Virus record (IMG/VR): IMGVR_UViG_3300037483_000925
Location: 1-64,000 of that record
From: a virus
Taxonomy: Duplodnaviria; Caudoviricetes
Length of the DNA: 64,000 nucleotides
Direction: 5' to 3' (one strand)
The translations under genes and the position numbers were made by a program. Shown here in pieces: positions 27,034 through 35,014 of the stretch (its first letter is position 1; each line of letters opens with the position of its first letter). The notes below the pieces were generated by a model, which saw only the letters and a program-made list of their open reading frames with translations, did not search any database and had not been told where the DNA came from.

Positions 27034-29169
27034 CTATTGAGCCGTCCATACACCATCGTGCTCGGCAGAACTGGATTCATCATAGTATGCAGTTTGTGTA
27101 CAATCGTACTTTGCCCCATTGCCGTTATCGCACTGGTATTCATCGACATCGCCAAACTGAATGCCGTGGGTGTTAACCCCTGGGGCATCGTTATCTCCCT
27201 CGGGTGCCCTGACAATCCGCTGTCCTGTGAAGGTTAGGTAGCTGGTGGCGGCGTAATGGAACCCCCAATGAGTAGAATGGATCACGTTAGCAGCCTTGCT
27301 AACAATCACGCTTGTGTGGTTCAGGGTTCCGCCAGAGGCAATAGTTACTCTCATATACTGCCCCGAATCTATGGTCATGTTAGCCAAGGTTAAAGTAGAT
27401 GCTAATGTAGTAGCCTGGGTCCGCCACTCAAAATGATAGCCCCCTGCCTTATCACATTGGCTATCCGTGCCGTCGATAGAAATAATGGGGAGTCCCATAA
27501 CCGGGGAGGCAGCAAGACCCAAGAAATACTTGAGCCGGTTAGTTACAGTCCCTCCAGTTATAGACAAAGTATTGTTATTGGTGTTAAGTTCTTGGAAATC
27601 CGAATAAATAGCACAGGTATAATCCGTACTGGCCGCAAGGCTGTCAACTGTGGTAAATGTACAAGTTGCAAAAGTTAGCGTCTTATTACTTATGGCATCG
27701 CCAGAAGGGTGATTCCATCTAACGTTTACACAGCCACGGGGGGTCGTTCCATCAGCATTAGGAGTCACTTTTACAGTGACATTAGTGAAAGTCACATCGG
27801 ACGGCATCACCACCAAATTGCCAGCATCCTTGCTCAACAAAGTAGAATCATCAACGGTGACAACTGCATTTTTGACAACAAAGTCCCATCCGCCATAACC
27901 AGTGCGTTCAACTTGAGTTAGGCCGTCAATATTAATTACACTTCCATCTGCGTCATCTTCATCAGTAACGCCCCAAGCTAAGTCGAATTGCGCCTCAACT
28001 GTGGTGCTTGCGATTGTCCAGTCGCAACGGCGGGAGTTATTATATCCTTCCTGTCCAGTGGAAAATTCAGCTTGTAAAGATGCGACATCAACAATTTGGG
28101 TTCTATCTCTAGGGGATTCGATTACACTACTGCTCACATCAACCACCGAGTATCCACCGCCACTGGTCAGACCGCCACGATAACAATTCTGAGTCAGGAT
28201 ATTATTCGCCCGAACATCTACGTTTTGGAGAATAGTAGCCCCATCAGAAAGGGTATCTTTCAAGGTTACATTGTCAAGGATGAATAACAATCTCCCGGCA
28301 TTTTCCTTAGTTGCTCCCCGGTTAGCCATTAAACAAAATGTGTAACATTGTTCCCTGGCTACATTACCCCAATTTACTTGATTAGGGCCATTGCCATCAA
28401 TGGTGATGTTTTCCAAAACAAAACCAGGAGAAGCATCGGTTAAATGGGTCCAATAATAGGTAGAAGTAACCTGGGCAGTATTAGCAGTAAAGAAGTGAAA
28501 TGCGTCGTCGTATTGAAGGATTTTAATACTGGCTGTCTTCGTATACCCATCACTTGCATCGCCGCAGATGGTTACTTGCTGATTGCATGGCATCTTGACG
28601 GTGGCGTATCCGTTAGGCAGGATAGCCACAGTCCTTCCAGCCGGAACCTTAACTACGCCGTTGTTAAAATTATCCTTAACATAATCGAGAATAGCCTGAA
28701 AATTTACCCTATCATTGGTTACTCCATCAACAGCGCACGCAGAGAGGCCATAACCTGGGTTGGTCACGTCTATCAGGGCTTCCCGAGCATCGTCGACGAT
28801 GTTAACTTTTAGGGTGGATTTGACAAAACCAATTCCATCCTCGTTAGACAGAGTAATAGTTACCAGTTTGTCCTGGCCCACATATGTCCGATTAACCACT
28901 GTCAATGTAACCGGCGTTGCTGGAGTCTTAGCTCCATCAAGGATCACGCAAGAGGTAGCAGAAAGTGTGTAATCCTGCCCCACCCCCTTGGTGGAGGTAT
29001 GCGGAGCCGGAGAAGCGGACAGCGTAACAGTCGTCCCCCCTGCCGGAGCGTTCTCGGTCAGAGAGATGGGGAGTTGGAACACCTGGGCCTCGGTCTTATT
29101 CGCCGAGACAGACCAGATGCCAGCGCCAGCCAGGGGGTTGCTACCGCCTCTATACGCCAAAATAGTCAT
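27034..29169 (-). CDS. beta-helix (pectate lyase-like) depolymerase/adhesin with Calx-beta-like N-terminus
   Basis: DGVTNDRVNFQAILD...VKVPAG motif, repeated ENITIDG/DNVTL beta-helix rungs; Calx-like N-terminal domain. Confidence 0.7.
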   Translation of the reverse strand: MTILAYRGGSNPLAGAGIWSVSANKTEAQVFQLPISLTENAPAGGTTVTLSASPAPHTSTKGVGQDYTLSATSCVILDGAKTPATPVTLTVVNRTYVGQDKLVTITLSNEDGIGFVKSTLKVNIVDDAREALIDVTNPGYGLSACAVDGVTNDRVNFQAILDYVKDNFNNGVVKVPAGRTVAILPNGYATVKMPCNQQVTICGDASDGYTKTASIKILQYDDAFHFFTANTAQVTSTYYWTHLTDASPGFVLENITIDGNGPNQVNWGNVAREQCYTFCLMANRGATKENAGRLLFILDNVTLKDTLSDGATILQNVDVRANNILTQNCYRGGLTSGGGYSVVDVSSSVIESPRDRTQIVDVASLQAEFSTGQEGYNNSRRCDWTIASTTVEAQFDLAWGVTDEDDADGSVINIDGLTQVERTGYGGWDFVVKNAVVTVDDSTLLSKDAGNLVVMPSDVTFTNVTVKVTPNADGTTPRGCVNVRWNHPSGDAISNKTLTFATCTFTTVDSLAASTDYTCAIYSDFQELNTNNNTLSITGGTVTNRLKYFLGLAASPVMGLPIISIDGTDSQCDKAGGYHFEWRTQATTLASTLTLANMTIDSGQYMRVTIASGGTLNHTSVIVSKAANVIHSTHWGFHYAATSYLTFTGQRIVRAPEGDNDAPGVNTHGIQFGDVDEYQCDNGNGAKYDCTQTAYYDESSSAEHDGVWTAQ

Positions 29170-29170
29170 T

Positions 29171-30220
29171 TTAGGCCACTATCCCAATGGACCTTTCGGG
29201 CCGGAAAAAGATGGTGTCTGCGGTGATAACATCCGCCACATTTTGAATAACCTGAGTAGATACTGCCGGAACCGTCTGCTGCATAGCACCAGCGGTAGTT
29301 ACACTCAGCCAGAGTTGGGTTAACAGACCGGACCCGGCTACGCCCCAATTCCACCCAGCTACGTTCGTAACATGGCCGGAGTAGATGAAATCTCCAGAGG
29401 CATCAGCCAGAATCCCGCCAGCGTTTACGCACATAACGATGGCTGGGCAGGTAGTCGTGGCTCCAGCATCCCCGATAGCCTTCTTAAATTTTCTCACCCC
29501 ACCGCTGAACCAAGCGTAACAAATTTCGCCAAAAGCCAGGTTCTCCCCAGCCACTCCAGTAAAGGGAGGGTCGCTAGTAGTCTGGTCAGCAGGAGCAATG
29601 TCAATGGCGATGTCTAACTTTGCGTCAAGCTGGGTCTGGATGGCAGAAGTAACGCCATTGCTATAGCCTATCTCTGTGGCATCAGGCGCACTTGCCCCAC
29701 CCAACCGTCCCTCAAGGCTGGGATTAATCAACACCCAGGCGGTGCCGTTGTATTCCAGGTAGCAGAGATAATTAGCAGCGGGAATATCCCCGGCCACTAG
29801 AGCGGTGCTGGCATACTTGACAATGGCCTTGGTAGTCAGACCGTTAGGGGTGAAGGTCACAGCCCCGGTATTGGCCCCTGCCGCCACCAGAGTTACCCGG
29901 GTGCCGTTGGTAAGGGTGACTGCCGGGGAATAAGTCGCGGTGATCGCATCGACCGTGCCGCCCGCCGCCGCGGTAGGAAGGCCGGGGGCGTAGTCGGTCC
30001 AGGGAGTTGCCGCAGTACCATTTCCTGCCCCATCACCCTTAAGTATGGCCGAGGTAGAAGAAATAGTGGCCCCGCCAAGGACTGTTAGAAGATTGGTCAA
30101 GGTAACTATCTTGGGTTCGTAATCTGACTCCGAGTCCCATACAAGAAACAGATCATTGCCAATGGGTGTCACCTTGGCCGTATATTTGGAATAACTCTTC
30201 GGCAGTGGCTTGGGATACAT
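29171..30220 (-). CDS. fibre protein, probable head fibre
   Basis: TEIGYSNGVTSAIQTQLDAK trimeric fibre motif; C-terminal GENLAFGEICY...KAIGDA domain resembling capsid-cement folds. Confidence 0.6.
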   Translation of the reverse strand: MYPKPLPKSYSKYTAKVTPIGNDLFLVWDSESDYEPKIVTLTNLLTVLGGATISSTSAILKGDGAGNGTAATPWTDYAPGLPTAAAGGTVDAITATYSPAVTLTNGTRVTLVAAGANTGAVTFTPNGLTTKAIVKYASTALVAGDIPAANYLCYLEYNGTAWVLINPSLEGRLGGASAPDATEIGYSNGVTSAIQTQLDAKLDIAIDIAPADQTTSDPPFTGVAGENLAFGEICYAWFSGGVRKFKKAIGDAGATTTCPAIVMCVNAGGILADASGDFIYSGHVTNVAGWNWGVAGSGLLTQLWLSVTTAGAMQQTVPAVSTQVIQNVADVITADTIFFRPERSIGIVA

Positions 30221-30231
30221 GATCTTCCTCC

Positions 30232-30723
30232 TTACCAGGGACTGAAGCCGAACATGAACTTCAGATCGGAGACCCCGGCATAGGTCGGCGTGCCTGTGGT
30301 CTTAACCAAGGCATACACAGTGCTCTTGTCATCGGCCTTGACTACCTTATCGATGCCGGTCAAAGTAGCCACTGCGCTGTCGGCGGAATCCACGTAGTCC
30401 CCGGCATCGACCTCGATCACGCCCAGGCAATCGAGCATGTCCGTGTCATGGATGTCCAATGCCGAGTTGTCGGTATAGGTCCCAGCATCGGGATCGGCCT
30501 TAAAGAAGAATATCTTGAGAGCGGCCTTCTGGGCAGCAAGGTCCTGGACGGTAATAGACAACAACTTGCCCATGCCTTCCCTGATGGATGCCAGGGCCAA
30601 GGCCAGGGTCAATTTGCCGCCGATGCAGTCATTGGCGGAATAGGCTCCAGCGGTGATTGCCGGGGTGACTTCAATGAGGGTGGGTCTTAATTCGAGAAGT
30701 TGATTGATTCTTTGCAGGCTCAT
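30232..30723 (-). CDS. probable virion structural protein
   Basis: AGAYSANDCIGG...TPTYA; beta-rich, in head module. Confidence 0.55.
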   Translation of the reverse strand: MSLQRINQLLELRPTLIEVTPAITAGAYSANDCIGGKLTLALALASIREGMGKLLSITVQDLAAQKAALKIFFFKADPDAGTYTDNSALDIHDTDMLDCLGVIEVDAGDYVDSADSAVATLTGIDKVVKADDKSTVYALVKTTGTPTYAGVSDLKFMFGFSPW

Positions 30724-30798
30724 TTCGTAGACCTCCATTCAGACCCCAAGAGGGGTCAGTGGTTGAAGTCCTTGGGTGTCTGAATATAGGCCACGGCT

Positions 30799-31062
30799 TT
30801 AAGCTCCGGCCTTGGGCACCGCCTGGGGGACCCGGGGCGGGGCAGAAATCGGGGGAGGCGGCGGCCCGGGGGCCGGGGGAACCTCCTCGTCATAGTCCAT
30901 CTCCCTCAGTAACTCAATGGCCTCGGGGTCGTCGGTCTCGCACTCCAGGAAGCCGGATGGCCCCCGGGCGAACTCGAACAGTGCTCGCTCGTCCTTCCAG
31001 ATGACTGCCGGCAGCATGTGCTTTGGATGGGTCCTGTTGGTGGCCTTATAGAATTTGGCCAT
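30799..31062 (-). CDS. hypothetical protein with Pro-rich C-terminus
   Basis: 87 aa with AGGAAGG RBS. Confidence 0.6.
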   Translation of the reverse strand: MAKFYKATNRTHPKHMLPAVIWKDERALFEFARGPSGFLECETDDPEAIELLREMDYDEEVPPAPGPPPPPISAPPRVPQAVPKAGA

Positions 31063-31120
31063 GATAACCTTCCTTTCTTGGTGCTGCGGCGGGGCCGGGT
31101 TTCCCAGGCCCCGGAAAAGG

Positions 31121-31951
31121 TTAGGCCGAAGGGCTCGCGCTCGGGCTGACCGAAGGGCTCAGGCTCGGGCTTTCGCTCGGGCTTATACTTGGTGAAATTG
31201 AGGGGCTCAGGCTTGGGCTCAAACTCGGGCTGGGCGAGGGACTCAAGCTCGGGCTTGGACTTGGGCTTTCGCTTGGGCTTATACTCGGCGATATCGAGGG
31301 ACTCAATGACGGACTAGCCGAGGGCGATGTACTCGGACTTGCGCTTGGACTGAAGCTCGGACTCAGGCTTGGGCTGGGCGATGGGCTCAGGCTTGGCGAG
31401 GCCGAAGGCGATGCACTCGGGCTTATGCTCGGAGAGATCGACGGGCTCAAGCTGGGGCTGGGTGACGGGCTCAGGCTCTGACTCACGCTCTGCGCACTCG
31501 TGGCCGCAGTGGTGATGCTGATGACGCAGGTCTTCTGCGACGCCGTATAGCCCAGGATGGTGGCCTGGGCGATGGTCAGGGTCACAGCCTCGCCATTAAG
31601 CCAGGATGCTGCGTCACCGGATACCACCACTGAGGCCACACCCTCGACAAAGGTCAATGTCGTGGACGGGATGGTTGCGGTCCCGGCAGTGCTGGTATCC
31701 GCCACGGAGACGCCAGTGGCGATGGCCTTGTTGAACCAGGTATGGACCTTCCCGGCAGCGGTCTGGAGCTCTATGAAGACGGTCTTGGTCCAAGCTGCCT
31801 CGGTGGCCACGTGATTGTACAAAGCCGGGGACACCACGAACAGCAGATCCCCCGACAGCGCCTTGGCAAACAGGGCCAGCTGATCCCGACTGGCAGGCTT
31901 CAGGCCCAGGTCCAGGCTGGGAGCGGGGGGCTTTTGCGTTCCTCTTGCCAT
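31121..31951 (-). CDS. capsid decoration-like protein with (SPSX)29 tail
   Basis: Paralogue of 31964..32530 (MARGTQ...VHTWFNKAIA), downstream of the major capsid gene. Confidence 0.75.
   Translation of the reverse strand: MARGTQKPPAPSLDLGLKPASRDQLALFAKALSGDLLFVVSPALYNHVATEAAWTKTVFIELQTAAGKVHTWFNKAIATGVSVADTSTAGTATIPSTTLTFVEGVASVVVSGDAASWLNGEAVTLTIAQATILGYTASQKTCVISITTAATSAQSVSQSLSPSPSPSLSPSISPSISPSASPSASPSLSPSPSPSLSPSFSPSASPSTSPSASPSLSPSISPSISPSESPSPSPSLSPSPSPSLSPSLSPSISPSISPSESPSLSPSVSPSASPSA
31124..31471 (-). repeat. coding repeat, 29 x Ser-Pro-Ser-X
   Basis: Counted from the translation; ends SPSV SPSA SPSA-stop. Confidence 0.95.
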
Positions 31952-31963
31952 GATCCCCCTCCT

Positions 31964-32530
31964 TTAGGCCGACGGGCTGGCGCTCGGGCTGGCCGAGGGG
32001 CTTTCCGACGGACTCTTGCTCGGACTGGCGCTCGGGCTCAGGCTGGGACTGGCACTCGGGCTCTTGGACGGACTCAGGCTATGGGTGACGACGGTGATCA
32101 CGCCGGTGGAGGCCGCGGTCACGGTATAGCCCAGGATGGTGGCCGAGGCCACGGTTACGGTGACCTTCTCACCGACGAGCCAGGCTGCGGCGTCGCCGGA
32201 TACCACCACAGCAGCAACGCCGTTGACAAAGGTCAGGGTGGTCGAATCCAGGGAAGCCGTACCCGCATCACTGGTATCGCCTATGGACACCCCGGAGGCA
32301 ATGGCCTTGTTGAACCAGGTATGGACCTCGCCTTCGGCGGTCTGCAATTCAACGTAGAATGTCTCGGTCCAGGCGGCGGCCGTGGCCACCAGCACGTCGG
32401 TGGCCGGGTAGATCACCAGGGACATGTCACCGGCCATGGCCTTGGAGTACAGGGTGAGCTGATCCCTCAGCGCGGGCTTGAGCCCAAGATCAATGTCCGG
32501 GCTCGGGGGGGTCTGGGTTCCTCTTGCCAT
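31964..32530 (-). CDS. capsid decoration-like protein with (SPSX)9 tail
   Basis: Immediately after the major capsid gene; paralogue of 31121..31951. Confidence 0.75.
   Translation of the reverse strand: MARGTQTPPSPDIDLGLKPALRDQLTLYSKAMAGDMSLVIYPATDVLVATAAAWTETFYVELQTAEGEVHTWFNKAIASGVSIGDTSDAGTASLDSTTLTFVNGVAAVVVSGDAAAWLVGEKVTVTVASATILGYTVTAASTGVITVVTHSLSPSKSPSASPSLSPSASPSKSPSESPSASPSASPSA
31967..32074 (-). repeat. coding repeat, 9 x Ser-Pro-Ser-X
   Basis: SPSK SPSA SPSL SPSA SPSK SPSE SPSA SPSA SPSA-stop. Confidence 0.95.
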
Positions 32531-32597
32531 GATACCTACCTCCTCAGGCTGCGGGCGGGGCCTGGGCTACCAGGCCCCCACCAAGCAGTAAGATATT

Positions 32598-33557
32598 TTA
32601 ACTGGTGGTCAGGCCGGTGATGGTCCCGTGGTACTCCTCGGGGCCGTGGTCAAGGCCGATCTGGCCGTAGATCATCTCGGTGTCGGCGGCGCCGGTCTTG
32701 GACAGGACGTCCCGGAACAGGACCCCCTTGTTGGGCACCGGGCAGAACACCGGCTTGCAGACGCTCAGCTCGGCCACTAGCATCGTGTCGGTGGGCATGA
32801 ACGGAGCCCAGACGATGCCCAGCATACCGAAGTCCATCTCGATCTGCTTGATGTTCACCCCGCCCACGTTCCGATCGTCCGGGGCGTAGCCGTAGATGTT
32901 GGTCAGTTTCTGCTTCTGGAAGGCGTTGACGAAAATGACCGCGTTCTGGAACAGGGAACCGTTGCCCGCCATGGTCCGGAATAGCTGGTCGCACAGGTCC
33001 TTGGTCAGGGGGGCGGTGCCTGCGGCCACGGTGTTCGTGGTGCAGGCGGAGACCATGCCCCGGCTCTTGGCCGCTACTGCGGCGGAGGTGGCCTGCTGGT
33101 AGGTGCCCTGGAGGAAGGTATACTCGATATCTACGGCCACCTGCTGGAGCGTGGCCGCGGCCTGCCAGTCCATCTCGTTTCCCACGGGCTGGGGTCCCAG
33201 CATCACGTTCCCGGCCCCGGACACGTACACGGTCCCGGTCACGGACTGTTTGGCGTAGGACGCGCTGATGGTCTTCTCGAAGATTTGGACGGTGTTGACG
33301 TCCTGGCCCCTCACGTAGGACTTGAGGTAGGTGGAGGCCGTCAGAGACGCGGTCTCGGTGATGGCCGGCTGGGCCGCCGTCTCCAAGGACCAGGGCTGGG
33401 CCACGGGGAACTCGAATGCCTGGACGGTGGCGATGGCCCCACCCTGGAGCCCGCCGATCATGTTTAGGAACGGGGTCTTGATGGCCCCGATCAAATACAA
33501 TTCCCCGACAAAGTTGGGGACATTCCATACGGTCGCGGCAGCGCTTACATTTGCCAT
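32598..33557 (-). CDS. major capsid protein (HK97 fold, SU10/DUF5309-like)
   Basis: TPFLNMIGG, NTVQIFEKTIS, DIEYTFLQG, EMIYGQIGLDHG; follows scaffold. Confidence 0.88.
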   Translation of the reverse strand: MANVSAAATVWNVPNFVGELYLIGAIKTPFLNMIGGLQGGAIATVQAFEFPVAQPWSLETAAQPAITETASLTASTYLKSYVRGQDVNTVQIFEKTISASYAKQSVTGTVYVSGAGNVMLGPQPVGNEMDWQAAATLQQVAVDIEYTFLQGTYQQATSAAVAAKSRGMVSACTTNTVAAGTAPLTKDLCDQLFRTMAGNGSLFQNAVIFVNAFQKQKLTNIYGYAPDDRNVGGVNIKQIEMDFGMLGIVWAPFMPTDTMLVAELSVCKPVFCPVPNKGVLFRDVLSKTGAADTEMIYGQIGLDHGPEEYHGTITGLTTS

Positions 33558-33600
33558 AATTTATTTTCTCCTTTTATCTGCCCGACCATTGGAGCGGTCA

Positions 33601-34470
33601 TCAACCGGTGAAGGTCGGGTCCTCCTTGAAGATCGCGTTCTTGAGGGCGACCATGGCCACCGTATTACCCCTGGTCTTGGCCTCGGTATACTGGTCCTTC
33701 ATGGTCTGGAGGGCGTTCCTCGGCCCCGAGGCGGCTCCGCCTCCGGCACCGCTGCCCGAGGCCTGGGAGCCTTTAAGCATCAGCTTGCTATTCGGGTGCG
33801 AGCGGATCAGCACCTCGATGGCCTCCTCTGGGGAGGCAAGCACCCTGGGATTGGAGGGGGAGTAGATCTCCTCGCCGTTGACCTTGGCCACCACCACGGG
33901 GTCGCCGCCGTTCTCGGCAGGCACGACCTCGAAGGCGTTCCCGAACATGGTATAGAGCACCTCCGGGAAATAGTTCTCGGCCACGGACTCCTTGATGAAC
34001 TGGGAGGCTTCGAAGGCGCCCCGGACCATCAGGTTGCGGATGACCCGGTCCTGGTTCCCGGTCCGGGCCTCGAAGTCCACCAGCTTAGTCTTGTAGTCGG
34101 CGTCCAGGTTCCCGTACTTGGTCTCCCAGGCCTTGTTGACCTCGTCAATGGCCTTCTGCTTGAGCTGCTCCACCTTGCCCGCCTCCACGAATTGCTTGTC
34201 CTCGTAGTTGGCGACGGTGGCCAGCGCCTCCTTGGCCTTCTCGGCATCCAGCCCCTCGAACGGGGTGGCGGCCTCCTCCAATTCCTTGATCCGGATGCGG
34301 TACTTCCCGGCCTCGTTGTTGGCCTCGGTGATCTGCGCACGCAGCCTCACCACGTCCTGGCCGGTCTCCATCCCCTTGTCGTCGACCCATACGGGGTTCC
34401 CCGCCTGGTCCAGGACCGCCAAGCTGACCTTGGCCCCCTCGATCTCGATCTCCTGTAGTTTCCAAGGCAT
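33601..34470 (-). CDS. capsid scaffolding protein
   Basis: GNPVWVDDKG N-terminus, coiled coil, ASPEEAIEVLI...GSGAGGG C-terminus. Confidence 0.8.
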   Translation of the reverse strand: MPWKLQEIEIEGAKVSLAVLDQAGNPVWVDDKGMETGQDVVRLRAQITEANNEAGKYRIRIKELEEAATPFEGLDAEKAKEALATVANYEDKQFVEAGKVEQLKQKAIDEVNKAWETKYGNLDADYKTKLVDFEARTGNQDRVIRNLMVRGAFEASQFIKESVAENYFPEVLYTMFGNAFEVVPAENGGDPVVVAKVNGEEIYSPSNPRVLASPEEAIEVLIRSHPNSKLMLKGSQASGSGAGGGAASGPRNALQTMKDQYTEAKTRGNTVAMVALKNAIFKEDPTFTG

Positions 34471-34533
34471 CTTCGTTCTCCTCCGGGGTCATCCCCGGTT
34501 GTCTCATCCGGCCTCCAGGGCCGGGGCCACAAT

Positions 34534-34581
34534 AAAAAAGCCCCGGGGAGCCAGGAAATGTCCACTGGCTCACCCGGGGCT
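34534..34581 (-). terminator. intrinsic terminator
   Basis: Stem GCCCCGGG-GAGCCAG / CTGGCTC-A-CCCGGGGC with a T6 tract on the minus strand. Confidence 0.75.
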
Positions 34582-34621
34582 GAATCAGAATCTTTAGTTT
34601 AAAGGCTGATCAAGAATCCCG

Positions 34622-34780
34622 TCAGACAACCTGTCTTTGGATGGTCACTTGTGCATCCCTGATCCCTCCCTGATGAAGTTTAACGGAAACAGCAATTTCC
34701 CCATTGGTTTTGGCCTCACGGCCAGCCTCCAGGGCCTTCTGAAACTGCTCAATGATTTTTGCCTGTTTCTCATTCGGCAT
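34622..34780 (-). CDS. small hypothetical protein (52 aa)
   Basis: Read manually, MPNEKQAKIIEQF...GEIAVSVKLHQGGIRDAQVTIQRQVV. Confidence 0.6.
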   Translation of the reverse strand: MPNEKQAKIIEQFQKALEAGREAKTNGEIAVSVKLHQGGIRDAQVTIQRQVV

Positions 34781-34788
34781 TTCCCTTA

Positions 34789-34817
34789 TAATAAATTACT
34801 TTTTAGAAAATACCTAA
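34789..34817 (-). promoter_or_regulatory. putative promoter TTAGGT-N17-TATTAT
   Basis: Shares TACCTAAGATAA with the site at 44436-44447. Confidence 0.45.
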
Positions 34818-34828
34818 GATAATTTTTA

Positions 34829-35014
34829 TTAATGGTAAAAAAATAATTTATTTTTTTCAGTCCAGACATATTTTCCCGTTTGGCCCTCGAGTGCTTTATC
34901 ATGCAAAAATTGACCAGAGGTAAAAGGGACAGGAATCCCCTCGGGGAAGGCCCTACACTTTGGAATCAAGTCCTCTCCGAATTGAAAATATTTACAATTT
35001 ATGCATCCTTTCAT
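34829..35014 (-). CDS. small Cys-rich protein, candidate immunity protein of the MuF toxin
   Basis: CINC...CRAFPEGIP...H; ATGA-coupled to the toxin domain; same AT-rich composition. Confidence 0.6.
   Translation of the reverse strand: MKGCINCKYFQFGEDLIPKCRAFPEGIPVPFTSGQFLHDKALEGQTGKYVWTEKNKLFFYH

Noticed and set aside
31124-31471. SPSX regions as selfish DNA tandem repeats
   Set aside because: Ser and Pro codons vary between units (AGC, TCG, TCC, AGT, TCA) while the amino-acid register is exact, indicating protein-level selection
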